From Raillietiella orientalis (taxonomy: Eukaryota): a stretch of DNA of 64,000 nucleotides. Positions 12,201-26,205 of the stretch are shown in pieces; within the stretch, counting starts at the first letter, position 1, and each line of letters opens with the position of its first letter. Below the pieces are notes generated by a model. That model did no database searches, was not told where the DNA came from, and was given only the letters and a program-made list of their open reading frames with translations. The stretch is from contig JAYWIR010000015.1 in assembly GCA_036172245.1 (NCBI GenBank), positions 3,720,001 to 3,784,000 of the forward strand. Reading direction: 5' to 3'. Position numbers and translations under genes: made by a program.

Positions 12201-15200
12201 CATCTCCTTGAAAGGAAAGGTGAGTTTGACCCAGCTGTCTCGCTCCGAGTGCTTTTCCATCATGCTGGACCCGAATCGAACCCAGAAACATTGGAAAAGT
12301 GAGCAAGGCATGGAGTGGATTCACGCTCGACAACTTGAAAATGCACTCTGATGACATTTCAGACTCCTCTGAAATCCTCTTCTCCTTTGGACCCTCTCCA
12401 ACCCGCTTCCGTTTGTCCCTTTGCAGACCCGTGGCAGCTTGCGCGATCGCTGCCTTAGGTGTCCTTACAGTGGTGTCGAGAGCGAATCAGAATTGCATAA
12501 AGTCCACTTTTTTAAAAGAGAGTTTTCGAGGCATTTCCCTCAGGAAAAGTGTGGTCGCTCCCAACGAATGCCGCAACGAAATGGACCACTCCCGGACGGG
12601 AGATGAGCAGGAGTCCCTGATCTCCCAGTGAAACAAAGGGCCCGCCAACCGTCTTGATGCATGACAGATTCAAATGCATTTCGATATAAAACAACCAGCT
12701 CTTGAAATCCGGAGAGCAACCTTCATCCCTTGGTCCATGGGGACGAAGGCCGTTCTCCTCACTGTGAACGAAGCACGTGACAGTATGGGGGAAGGGCGGT
12801 CTCGTCGTCGTACGTAGGCTGCTAACGCGGGGGAGGCGTGGAGAGCCAGCGCGGAATATCACCGAGAGCCAGCAGCATTGGTGTGGTATTGGCGCTCCCA
12901 AGGCGAGCGAATATTCACCTGGAGTCCAGGGAGTCCAGTGACGGGGAGCTGCTCTGGTGAATGCAGGAGCGCCAATTCTACCCTCTGATTTTTTGTTTTT
13001 GTTTTGAGTGCATCGGGAAACCTGCCCGGTGGCGTAGGAAAAAAAAAAAGGAGTACTGTGAGGACATCTATCTAATGAAAAATCTAGCTCCCGATTTGAT
13101 CATAGCATTTCCGATTTTGATGACCACGCCGGATGTCGCGTTCAGCCATCTCTCGGGGAATTACACACCCTTTCAGGACCCTCTCGATTTTTCGGGCGCG
13201 AGCCTTAGTCTGAAGAGGTTTTCTGGGCACGGAGGACTAATGCATTTATTTATGTGGCATCATGACTGAGTGCCCTTAATTCCCTAGAATGCTCCGTCTA
13301 CTCCATTCCTCTGGGTGTCGTGCTCCCGCGACATCCGAGTCTACGCGTGGAGATCCCCCCGGCTCGTGGAAATGAAACTCGAGAAAAGGAAAAAAGAAAG
13401 GAAGAAACACCGTGTGCTCGGCTCGCGTGAAATTTTGAGGCTACGGAAAACAAGTTTACCCATCATCACCGCTCGCTGCCCTTACATTGGGAATAATTCG
13501 GCGTTTGCAAAGAGAAAACTGCAGGACTCGAGAGATTTTGCCTGGCCGGAAAGTTTTTCGGAACACGCCGTCCCTCTCGAGGAGCAGATGGGAAACGCGG
13601 CCGCGCGAGGGAGAGCATAGCCTCGAGGGCGAAGGCGGCGCGGAGGTCGCGTTTGTTGAGCGAATTCGACCGAGCGGAGGTGTCCCTGCACACCTCGCAG
13701 GGTGTGTGCGGCAGCATCCAACAACGCTGCCATTTTGAAACTGGACGCCGGAGAAGGAAATCCGTTCGATCCTTCACTAATGCTCAACGATCTCGGGATC
13801 TCGAACGGAATCGCTGGCCGCGAGACGTGAGTGTCCCATTGAGTTCGTTTTGTGTGGGGCTCGTCCGCGACGGAAGTAAGTCTGCTGAACGTGGGCCACC
13901 AGGCTTTTAGGTTGCGCAGGCCATCGCTTGCCGTGTTCGGAGGGAGGTGTACAGGTAGGTGAAGGGTGCACGGGGCGTGATCGGAAGCTGAGAAGCAGTT
14001 GGGTTCATCTGCACTTACGAAGGAAGCACTGCTGTAGCTTTCTCCAGAAACTCTAGAAACGATGGAACTTTCTGTCGTAGAGGAAATTCTTTTCTTCCGC
14101 AGAAGAAATTCAAACAGCCTCAGCAAATCTTGGTTGGTTTTTATGATCAGCTGACGGTGAGCCTCTGTAACCAAGTAGTCGCACAAAGTGATGAAACTGA
14201 AAAGAGGAAAAATCCTGAAATGAAAGAAAGGAAAAACCATACATCCCTGTCTCCTACCGAGTCAACATGGAACTCAGCTTCATCTTATGAAACTGGTTCA
14301 GATAAGATCCGTTCCCGTCTAATCCATCCCTCGATAATGGGCCCTGGGAATTCAGTTGCTTCGGATCTTTTCGGGGGTCTCTGAGAGTCGCCGAGTCTAG
14401 TCCTTGAAAAAACGCAAAGGTTAGCAAACAAAAGAGTTGGGACCCCCATATAGAGAGAGCAGCAGATCTTCTGCATTGGTAAAAGTTTGCTTCCTTTGTT
14501 GGAGCAAGTGAAAACATTCGATCAAAAACCAGGACACGAACTTTTCTGTAGAGGCAGAGTTGGCTTCAAACTCTTCGTAGGTTTTCCAAAGGAAGAGATA
14601 TTGATGGGATTCGTGCTTTTCACTTGTGATGCACGTCTGTCGTCTGCGGAGAGAGCCGTATGAAACTCGAGCATTGATTAGATCACCTTCATTCGGGTGG
14701 AAATTCTCGTCCTCATCTAACTGCTGCTCGCTGCTGATGCGCTCTTCCCGGGTTGATTGCCAACCATATCCTGACTGCTTCCAGACGACCCTGCAACAGA
14801 CCAGGACCAGTTTTTTCCTCTCTCTATGGAGATCCTGTAAAATCTGTAGACACTGGTCCAGGTTGAAAAACTGAGAGGCCTTGAAGTCTTCCAGGGAATG
14901 TGTTCTGGAAGAGAGAAAACTCTGTCAGAAATCTCTGAGTCGCCGAGTAGCGTGCTTTATAACAGGAAGACTTCAACCATTTCGGGACCTTTTCTCATCG
15001 ACAGCACACATTTCTGTCGTTTCCAAAACAGTCATTTGGATGCGCAGCCTTCGTAGTCCGTCACCAAGAATAGGATGTACGAAGAATAGGTTGTTGAGAA
15101 GAAATTTTTTCGTTTTCGAGATCTTCATCCTGCATACGTATTTCCTCCAGAATTGGAAGGATTTGTGGATTCGATAGTTGAAGAAGAAGGACAGCTTCTG

Positions 15201-18200
15201 AAGCTCGGCGGCAGAAGTCTTAGGTCACCATTGTTTACCTGCATTAGCTTTGTGTACAGCTCGTATTCGTTTCTGAAAGTGGATAAATCGGTGAAACTGC
15301 TGTACGGTCCCGAAGTCCGGATGACTCCTTGCTTGCTCATGGTGAAGAAAGTTCCCTTGTCGACATGGCGATCGGTCACCTCTCTGAAATGCACAGCCGC
15401 CGCTACAGGCACGCTCTTTCTCTACCCCAAGTGCATCCTATCGGAAGCCTCATAAACGAATGAATGCTTAGTATTTCATTACACGTGGCTGCAACAGAGT
15501 AGGTTGAGGAAAACAACGCTGTCTACGTTGCCATCCGACACGGTGGTCGGCTTCATGATCCTTCGTATCAATCCAGCTCATCTACCTACGTGCTTGAGAT
15601 TTGCGTATGTGTCGTGATATGGGAACAGCGAGCGAAAAAGCCGTTTACCGACTTTCGTTTTCAAGGGTGGTTGTTTCCTCACTTTAGGAATGAACAAACA
15701 CGGAGTACTTGCACCTTTCCATCTTTGGAAAATAAAAAGAAAGGCTTTTTTGACGCTTCGTTGCCAAGCGAAAGTAAACAGCTTCGTTTTCAGTTAATTG
15801 AGCTTTCTTCTTCATTTGCACTGATGATTAGCAAGTGGTAAGGAGTTAGGAGTACATTAGCATGTGCTTCTAACTCCTTCTTCCCTGATCTTCCCTGATT
15901 CTCGAAAGGATTCTCATTGGAAACATGTCCCTGCAATCTCTTTTAACTTCCTGGTCTCGGGCAAAGCAAAAGCTCCCATGTCGAAAGCAAACGTGCACTT
16001 TTGTTCTCGACCTGAGAGTTTTTCTTTCTTCCAGTTTCCCATTCAGACAGAATATCCTAAAGCTTTGGTTTACATTATAATTAGCAATGGTAATAATCAG
16101 CAATGGGTTCGGCAAGATTCAGAAGATTTATTCAACAAGCTTGATCCAGACTGTACAGCTCACTCCTTTGGGTTTCAATTTTCGCAACGGAAAATGCCTG
16201 TCATAATAGGATGATACTGCGGACACTAGGTGTGCCACTGAGACCTACAGGGCATGATTGGATTAAGGATTCAGTGGAGAAAATACAATTGAGAAAATGA
16301 GTAGCACATTCAAGTTCATCCGTTTTCATCCTTTCCAATGAAAATGTAAGAGTTATTGATGAAGAGATTTTCAATTAGCAGCTACCACGGTTGTAGGAAT
16401 CTCATGGATCTCCAAACAGCAGCTCCTCAGCAACGGTCATGCTATTGCTGTGTTGTACTACTATTGCGTTAACAGTCACTGCATTGAACGAAATAGAAGA
16501 ATCATGAGCCCGACATGATATCATAATGGATACGTCAAAATGTCCTCCCTCTTTGTGACTGCTTTCATGACGTCTTATTTGCTTGCAATGTTGCATTTTT
16601 TAGGAAGATTTTGAATCCAAGCCATAAGTTAATTCTAGAGTTGTTGTTGCTTCTTAAATCTTTCATTTTTTTCTCTCACATATTGACAGATTATCTTCGA
16701 GCTTTTGGTTAGAATTGAATTCCTGTATTCGAATTTCCTTTTTGTGTCTTGTAAAGTTCACTCCTGGAATCTACTGTTAGGAACAGTGAGCGAAATAGAT
16801 ATGTTTCCAAGAACTGTGGAAGCTCCTGTGGAAACAGCGCGATTCACGTGCCCTGAGAAGCATGTGTTCAGTCGATTTTGAGGTTCTGGAAAAGAAATTA
16901 TAATGCCAAATGAAATTGTAAGGCTCGTGACTGACACAGTCGGCTTCGAACTTTGTGCAAACTTCAGTGACTACCGTATTCATAAATGGAGTAGCAACAA
17001 ATCCGAATAAGTGCTTCAAAAGTAGATGATTTTTTTCAGTCAGCTAATCACCATCATCCACATTCCTCTGTAGATCTGCAAACTAAAAGTAGAGAGATCC
17101 ACATGCTTTATCGCTTTCTCAGGAGGTATGCTCTGAAGAAAATGAATTTTTCTTCCTCGCAACCGAACCTAAATGAAGACTCTGTATGAAGATGAGTCAG
17201 CTGTCTTCTCAGATGTTTTAGATGGGTTTTTTTATCAATCAGAACGGAAACCCTGATGCAGTATTACTTGCAAGATGGCCAAGTGCTCTTATGCACAGTT
17301 CAACTTGTGTCAGGAGGCTCATACCACAGAGGAGTTGCCCATGCACCCAAGCATATGGCAACCTCTCTCGTCAACGTCCGCGAGCTCATCAAAGACATGG
17401 AATATTGGAGAACACCATAAAGATACGCAAAGACAGACTCTTCGTCACGGCAGCGGGCTACTTGCTACCTCTCTCAGTATCACAGGGTACGATTCCTGCA
17501 CATTCCTTGTGCGAAGCTGCTTCAGGAAATAGCCTAGTGCAATCGCTGCAAGAGGAGAATGGTCTTTAGTTGACCTCTGTTAAAATACTAGAGGAGCTGA
17601 AAGTTCCATCATGGATGTGAAAATTACGCCGCATCACACCGAGAGATCATTTTTAAAGAGAGAAGTCTTCCGGTTGCAACTCGCTGCTTTCGTTTCTGTA
17701 TAGAAGAATTGAGTGAGACAGCCACTTACAGGCAGCTGAGGCCTTGCCCAGCTACTCTCATTAGAGACAGATTACTAAAAGGTTATGCTTGCTGTTTGAG
17801 TGTCGAAGGCAAGTTGCCTCCTGCGCTTGAAAATCTGTCGATGACCAGTTACCAACTTTATTCCATGATCGTCATCTCTTTTGTAAACACTGCTCTTGGA
17901 GAGATTAAGGTGATTGAGCCGCAGCTTCGCCTCTTCCGCGAAGAATGCGAAATGGAATTTGTAGGTGGAAAGGTTCCCATGACACCGATATTGAGCCTAA
18001 GCACTTTCTGTTCGGGTTCTTTCCTCTAATCGGTGCATTTAGCAAATGCGCTTATTAGAGGCCTCAGACCTTCATATCTGTCCTTCATCCACTCCCACTT
18101 TCCACTGTTCAGCTCAAAAGTATCAATCTCCTGATCCATAAGAAGATCCAAACAGTGTTAGAATTCCCCTTCTTTTCTCTCACGAAAAAGACTTCGCGAA

Positions 18201-19104
18201 AGATTCTCCAGAGCCATTCCAGCAACAGTTTTTGTAGTAATCCAAATGCTAAATAAAATTTCTCTCACCAAGAAGTCTTTTCCACCTTTTAATTCTATGC
18301 GTAGGAGAGACCCTTTGCTAATCTATGCCTTTCCATCGCTAAAAGGCGATGGCAACATTCTCATTTCCGAACGGATGCCGTCAGAATATGAAATCGCTGC
18401 TGAACACGATGCCAAGGCATTCTTTAATAAGCAGTAAGATCGTGAAGAAGCTGCAACTAGATCTCGTTCACCAATCCATACTTATGGAAAGACCTGTTTC
18501 TACTTCTGAAGCGTGTACACTACTGCAAATATTGCTGCTGTATCTCTCTGTGGCCTCTGTATCTCGATGAAAGCACTGAGAGCTTACTTGAGGTTGTATG
18601 GATGGAAAAGTTTCGACTGCCGAGGTACAGAGTGGCACAAATAGATGAAAGATCCATCTGTTTTCTTGCCCATCGTCTCTATCATTTCTGAGAGATCTAC
18701 CGTGGATGGAAGAACCTTTCCTCTTCCTTGTTCTCGTGACCGATCGGTATCACCAGCATCTGTCCATCTCACCGCCTCTTCCATTCTGAATACAATAAAC
18801 AATCGTAAATTCAATAATAGCATTTTTTTTAACTAGCAACCTATGTGTATTAGGATACTGTTGAATTTGCAACGATAATTCTACGTCGGAAGATAGCTTA
18901 CTTTCAGTATGGCTTATTGATATGAATGAAGACTGAAGATGGTGTGGGGACACTTCAAGAAATCAGAGAGTTTTCGTACTCTCCTTGAAGAGTTCAATGC
19001 AAACTTATTTCTCACCGTCCGCCACATTCATTCGGTTGAACGAAAACAGAAACAACATGGAACGGAAACTCACCAGTTTCAAGAATAATAGAGCAATTTC
19101 CCAT
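258..19104 (-). CDS. DNAH6: Axonemal dynein heavy chain, DNAH6-like; N-terminal tail exons, gene continues past the left edge
   Basis: Phase-consistent GT-AG exon chain: 19074-19104 and 18841-18952 (both tentative), 18588-18785, 15239-15383, 14989-15197, 14624-14904, 14258-14402, 14019-14196, 12096-12206, 11947(or 11923)-12038, 6947-7182, 4980-5154, 2470-2599, 258-359. Peptides follow DNAH6 tail motifs in order: FIYLCHSVPRQSKLFHPYNLK, THSLEDFKASQ, FITLCDYL, EPSPVKCLEVIYEKLP, PTNTKEFADLLIFLDAMQERV, EMYEIVERFHVPIPPENMLAFQ. Start codon uncertain. Confidence 0.88.
1375..1398. repeat. (CAG)6(CAA)2 microsatellite
   Basis: Direct reading; inside a dynein intron. Confidence 0.8.
3028..3045. repeat. 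(AAT)6 microsatellite
   Basis: Direct reading. Confidence 0.8.
6089..6139. repeat. Compound (AT)n(GA)n microsatellite
   Basis: Direct reading. Confidence 0.8.
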
Positions 19105-22100
19105 ATGAAGAAAACTTCCCTAACTTAGTTTTTTGCTTTTGTTTTGGTCTGCTATCCAATAGTTGTTAGCTTTTAGCAAGTATTCAGTGACATCTGAATG
19201 AATGAAACGGCTATCTTGACTCAGCAATAACGCTGAAGAAACAGTGACCTTGCACCTACTAAAAATAATCATTTCCTATCTGAACGAATAGGCAATGATT
19301 ATTCTTCCTTTTCTAAAACGTAACAGGCAGAATAAAATCTTGGCCATCAGCACCAACTTCTTGCATTGGTTTGAAATCTCTGCCCCAGAAACAGAATGCT
19401 TGAAGGAATCACAAAATGGCCCAATCTACGATACTACCAAGTAGAATATATGTAAGAAAGCTGCAATGACAAAAGAATGTCCTCAGTTTCAGTACCCGCT
19501 TACACAAATTGCGATTTTCATAGTAGGAAGTATCCTGGATCTTTCTGGAAATCGATCATTAAGAGTAATCTTTAGTACATGGATGGTATTGGGATTTGTG
19601 ATGCGTATAGCTAGAATCGATGTCAAAATCCACAAAACATCTCTGTGAGAAATGGGAGATAGCAGAAAAGTGTACGTGTAGATTACCATTATCTAATTCT
19701 CACGCTGCGTTTCTTAAGCTCTTCCTGAATTCAGTAATGCTCTAGATACCTCGCAAGCATTTCCTGGAGTTTGAAAAAAGATCAGTTTTGCTGTTACTTT
19801 CAGACTGCACGAATGAATGCTACTTGTCACTAGCTTTCTTCTAAATAGCCCACGATCCCACTGTATGAAGTCCTGCATATTCTGTATCGTGGAATACATT
19901 CCTGCATGCTCTCATTGAAATGCATACTTGTACCCACTCCGATCTGTGGATCACGTATCTTCTTCAACTCTTTTAAAATGCTTTAAGTACAACAACGTAC
20001 GTAGTATTGTCATTTGAAGTCTGCGTTATATATAACTAAAACTTATAGGCTGTTAGTGCCAGTGCTGTGAAGATACTGGATATCTTCATTGTATTGAATA
20101 TACATGCTGCCACATGGGCATCTTCGCCGCACAACAGGCACAAAGAAATCGGAAACCTTCCGAATCTTGTGCCTATCATGACCGAAAGTCACGAATGAAT
20201 TCCAGTTCCTGACATTTCTGTATCGTGGAACAAATAAACAAAAGCAAATCATCGAAAGAAAAAGAGAGAGAGAGAGAGGGGGGGGGGAAGCTTTCAGGAA
20301 TGATGCTTTTGCAACACCATTTTTGAAAAACTTCTATTCATGAAAGCTGAATGCGTCCAGTAGATTTATTTATGATTATAACGAATCTTCCAGTGCATTT
20401 TAGTGCATAAAGATCCTATTGGCATCGAATTGCATTATAATCCTGTGAGAAGTGGACGACAATCTAAGATCTTTGCCACTGGGAACTCATTACAATCATA
20501 ATCTGATCGAGATCGCCAATTATAAAAAGTTATCTGCATTTCCCTACCACAGACTTTGAACACTTTGAAAATCAAAAGCTAAAAAGTCATTGTATGTGTA
20601 TACGTATTTATTTATTTTATGTTTGTCGATATACACTCCTGCCAGCTCGTAATGAAGGCATATCTCATCACATCAAATAGCCAACAGATGTCTTGCAGTT
20701 GGAAGAGAAATTTTTAAATTTCCGCCTGTGAAAGCAAGAATTCTTGACAAACTTTAGGTTTGAATCGTCTGCCCACGAAGCTTATTTTTATTGGTGAAGA
20801 TGATTCCAAAGCGAATCATTCAATCACTCCAAATAAGCAGATAAGCAGCTGCATCCTAATACATGCTCATGAGCCAGTTCATTACAATGAATCCATTGAC
20901 CAAAGACCTACTCAGATTGCAAAGGTCAACCATCCATTAATTTCGAAAAATAGCATTACAGATATGAAAAACGAAAACGATCAATTTTCGATAAGTGATC
21001 TGCCGGTTGAAACTCATTTCCTAAAAATCAAGTTATCAATAGAATGTCGATTAGCGCTTCCACTAACGGTGGCTATTGGAAAGGTGCATGTAGCTGATAC
21101 ATGATGAATGATGATGATTTGCAACTTACTTTTGAATTTGTTTTTCACTCCTGTTCACTAATTCATTCAATGTGGGCACAGCTGCTTGGGGAATTATGGG
21201 CATTACAGTGGAACTCCTCTGTTTTTTGAGCATAGTTTCCTTTGGTATAGTAATGTCTTAAACACTCGTTATCAAGAATGAAAGCAATCTTTTACCGTAT
21301 CTCTTGTGGACAAAATCAGCATAGTTCTTTTCCTTGGCTTCTTTCGAATATGTCTTTATCTTGTTCCTCGTCTCAAAGAATTCAGGCTTTCAGAAATTAA
21401 AATTAGATTTAAATTATTTGAATTTTACAGTTTTTTGGATCATGTTATTAAAGTCCATTTCAAAACTCATATGTTGAATTTCATTCCGATAAGTAGCTTT
21501 TTTAACTAATTGTGAGATGGTTGCAAAAATTTTTTTTACAAGGAACGTTAAGGTGAAAACACGTATCTCATTGCTTACCAAAGGTTCAGAAATTATGGAT
21601 GGTGCATGCTTTTTTTCAACGTTTTGCAGTTCACTTGACAAATGGAAGTCTAAGGAGTTGTCTTTCCGCTTTCTTATTTGCTTCCCATCAAAGTGAATCA
21701 CATTTATTTCAGATTGTAGGCTATCCAGTGCATGCTCACGATTACTGTTTTCCTTTGACATTGTCTATAAATGCTACCTTTCTATTTCCAGTTTTATACT
21801 TCATACAAATATTGTTTTATAAGCTTAGCATTCAAATTCTGTTTTCCCACACACTATCTAGAAATGTAAGCAAACGAACATTGGCAATCCTTGGTGTGTC
21901 CTAGAGGTGTGGTAATGGCAATAATCATGGAAGGACACGGTTGATATATGCTTGGTTTTTCTCCAGCCAGAAAGTTTCATGCAAGCCTCACTTGGAAAAC
22001 ATCAATCAGGCGAATGAATTGCTTTTGTGAGTTTGCAATCTTTTCTGGGTGTGTGTGTGTGTAGTCAGCATGTTTTTGTTTCGAAAAAAGTTTATCTTAT

Positions 22101-24675
22101 CTGATGTTTATTAATAAGTTAAAATCCTAATGGGATTCTCAGTGTCTAATGCAAGTGTGTAGCCTGAAGATTATGATGGTTTCACGAATACTTTCGTCGT
22201 CCACTGCAGCTTGGCATTGTTTGAGTTGTAAAGTTTGCAAGCAGAAATTGCTGTGTAATGCAAGTGAAAATTTCTTATTGCTAGCAAGGATTCATTTCAC
22301 ATATCTGCTGTTTCGTGCTGGGATCGAGCGAGGCATTAGAATAACGATGTTTGTGAACCATGTAGCATTCTCTTTGTGTCAGAAAGTGGCAGGTCAGATT
22401 TATTCACTTGAGGTGTTGCAAAGCTACTGGTAGCACATTTTAAATAAACCAATTTGAGTCACAAACCTCGAGTGGAAATCATCAACTACGTTCACACCGA
22501 AAGTCCCCTAAATAACAGTGTCTCATCCGAATAACAAGTTCACCCTATCCAAGGACGAACAATTGTATTAATATTTATATTGGAATAAGGTAAAGGCATT
22601 AAATCTGAGGCATAAAGCTACGCGGTGTTGTGATAAGGATCAAATATCGAATTTTTGGATTGGGATTATGATCGATAATTTGTTACTCGCCTCACTGCCG
22701 CAAGATGGAGACTACTTTCCTGCATCAGTGGGGGGGGGGAGGGGAGGGAAAAGAAACAGCATAAGTAGTAGCTCAAAAACCAGCTCATTGAAGTATGCAC
22801 TGCTTTATGTAGAGATATAACACATTCAATTCATTATTCCTTCCCCCCCCCCCTCCCCCCCTCCATTAGAACGCAGAACGCCCATGTAATTGGCATTGTT
22901 GCCTCACTGCAGCTGATATACCCCTTTCTCTCCGAATGACCAGGTTTCCGTACACAAGTTCTTGTATTGTGTTGTATTTTCGAATACGAAACGTTGCAGG
23001 ATTGGGGTGTTGCAAGTTGGTGTTGCGACTCCGTGCCATTATATTTGATAATTTGCAGCGAGGCTTCCCTGGATTTTCTTGTACATTTTAGTATTCTCAC
23101 GTCTGCATGTTTTTTGGTTTGTTTGTTTTTTATCTAGCTTGTGAAACAGTAAAAGAGTGATTAATTGGTAAATGCCATACGTGACTGTGGGAATACCAGA
23201 GAAGTAAAGAAACGTCTTCGTACAGAGGAGTGGGCTTTTTTTTTTTTCTCGAGAAATTTCGTGTTCCCGTGGCGTTCGAAGATTTTGATCGGCTAAATTG
23301 CTGGTGAATGCCGATGCGCGCACCGAGTTTGGCATGCTAAAATCACCACGAACCACTGGAGTTCTTCTTGGTACTTGCATTGAAGAATTCTATGGTTCCT
23401 CCATAAAATTTTCGAGGGTTTTCAAAATGGGTCGAGGCCCTCCGATCTTTATTTGCCATCGAAGTTTTGGAATTGTACATGTCTTTTGACGAGCCCATTT
23501 AATGATAGAGATTTTTGATATCTATCCGGAAGAATTCGAATTGCAGGACGGCAAACGTATGGTTCTGTAGAATTTTTCTCTATAGAGGAATGTATGTGCA
23601 TATGACGTTCTTTAGGCGTATTTAAGTTTCACTTTATTTTGCTAGCAAGGAATGCCTGATGTGTGGACAAACTTAAGCCAGTGTGAATGTGTTTCAAATA
23701 GCCGTCTGACTCTTGAGCTCAACCAACTATTTAAACACCGAACTCTTCCATTCGTATTTCTTTAGGTATGTCACTTCAGAATCTCTTCTGTTTTTCTTTA
23801 CTATGAGATTTATCAAGGAAATTGGAAATAAAAACCACATTACGTAAGTGCAGTCCAAGATCAAGCACAAGTAGTATACCAAGTCGGATAGGAAACACCA
23901 CCCACTTCGTATGCGATTGTAAACTTTGGTATATTTTTTAGTACGCTCATAAGCATCACGTTACTAAGTTTAAGAATGAACATAATGGCGTGAATTTTTC
24001 TCGGGATTGAAATGCTTTCTCGATGCACAGCGATGCAAATGTGAGGTTTTTCCGGATATGAATTCATTTTGGTAAATATCGTTATCAAATTTACCACGTA
24101 ATCTGCATCCATATTTTTGCATGTGTCGTGTATCTTAGCTAGCAGAGTAGACAACTGTTTTCTTCTAATAACAAAGCACCATCAAATAAGCACTTGCATA
24201 ATAGAATCCCATTCAAGTTTTCCATATCTTCTCTTTCAAAAGAGGAGCAAAAGCATCTGGAAGAAAGCACTGAAAGCATAAAATACATAACCAAAAGTGC
24301 TTCTATGCATCATGTATTTTTATTTTAGATCAATAAAACTTGGAAACTGAAATGGAAAATGATCGGATTTTCGTGCTGGATTTAATGTTTCGAGTTTTGA
24401 GAGATTGTGTTGTAATGATTCAAATTCTTCAATTATCACTTTAGACTTTACAGAATTGTCAAGTGATTGAATGTGATGCATCTGTACATTCAAAGGCTCC
24501 CATACTTTTCATTAATAATTCTGCTTGCATATTTATCGTATGTCCTGATTACAAACATGAAGCAAGCAACCTGTGGAATCAAGTTTGCAGATGTATTGAT
24601 AATGCACGGTCATTGTAATTAGATGTATATGTATAGTAGTTATTTAGATTTATAAAATGGTTTATTTTATAGAAT

Positions 24676-26205
24676 ATGACTGCAAACAAACTTCTTTATG
24701 GGCGAGACCTCTCAGAATATGAGGATTTAGATGTTGACTCACTTTTGGATCAGCTCAAACCAGAAGATTTGGAGATCTTATCAAAGGAGGTGGATCCTGA
24801 TGTGTGTACAAGTCACGGCTAGCATGTTGTTGTCAGTAATTATGTAGGACAACTATCTGCCTGCACGGGAACGTTGCAGCTATTTTTGTGAAAAGAATAC
24901 AACTGGTCCATTGAATCGAAAACAACTTATTGATCACATCAACAGACAAGCATTGGAGACTCCTGATAAACCTGAGTTGGTACCTTATGAACCAGGGAAA
25001 GTCCGTGGAAAGAAATGGGTTCCTCCTCCTGAGAATCCAAAGGTCATCAAAGCTGATGAAGAGATTAGATTGGATTTGGGAGAAGAATATGAGGTTAATT
25101 TGGGTCAAGCTACCGAAGATGAGCTTGTAGATCTTGCAGGTAAGTTTTGTGTACTGACAACTAATATTCACAAGATGAGGATCAGCAATTTTGGGCCTGC
25201 ACAGTATGATGAATCAAGAACAGTATCATGCATCTTTACTGAATAAAGGACAACTGGGCTTGGGCTGGGGTGGTATCACTAAAACCACCCAGTACAAGCC
25301 TTTGCCTGCCGAGCCTAACAATGAAACAGACATTGAACGCAGCATAAAACTGGTGAAAGATGATGATCGGAGCCTCACTGAACTTAATTGGAACAATATT
25401 CCAGTAAGTAAATCAAAATGTCCATTAATAGCACTAATGACAAAAAGAATGTATCACGAGATCAGTTTGCTCGATTATTTGAGGCATTGCAAGAAAATGA
25501 GCATCTAGAAGTGTTGCATCTGTGTAATGTTGGATTAGATGATCAGTTAGCTCAGTTACTTGCAGAGACATTAGATAAAAATCGAGCATTAAGATCAGTC
25601 AGTGTTGAGTCAAACAATTTGAGTCCCTCTGCTATCCGAAATCTTATAAAATCACTTCTTAGTAACAAAACAGTTGAAGAATTCCGTGCTGTTAATCAGG
25701 TAAAGGTATTTCATTTTTTTTTTTGTATTGCTTTAACAGATTTCAGACACATACCGTTCTTGGTAACCCTATTGAAACAGAAATTGCTCAATTGGTTGAA
25801 CAAAACCCCACTCTTCTTTCACTGGGACTCAATTTGGAGTATCCTGACATAATGCGGCGCATTTTTCGCCAGTTGCAACAGAATCGAGACAAGTGTGAGT
25901 GTCTTCCCTTTCTGTGCTTCCCTTGTGCCCTTGCCTTTCTCTTACCTTATGCCTTCATCTTTCTTTTGTTCAGTCCGCTTGGGACTCAAACGAAAGATCT
26001 GCCAAGGGCCTTTGAATGGGCTCACTAAGAAGAGACCAGCAACCAGGTACTTTTCCCATTTGTAGCCCTCGCTTTGCTTACAGCATCGTGATAAGCCTTA
26101 CCTCTTGCACTTATAACATTTGTCCTTCTGCATGTTAATTTGGTTTGTTTGTTTGCAGTGAGAGTGAAACGCCTATGCCAGTCTTCTCAGGCTTCAAGTC
26201 GGTGA
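24676..26205 (+). CDS. tmod: Tropomodulin (actin pointed-end capping protein)
   Basis: Exons 24676-24801, 24848-25139, 25186-25403, 25448-25699, 25747-25894, 26159-26205. Motifs LYGRDLSEYEDLDVDSLL, EVDPDDNYLP, GPLNRKQLIDHINRQALETPD, GKVRGKKWVPP, LAAILGLHSMMNQEQY, an LRR region and C-terminal LRVKRL. AATAAA at 26216-26221. Confidence 0.96.
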
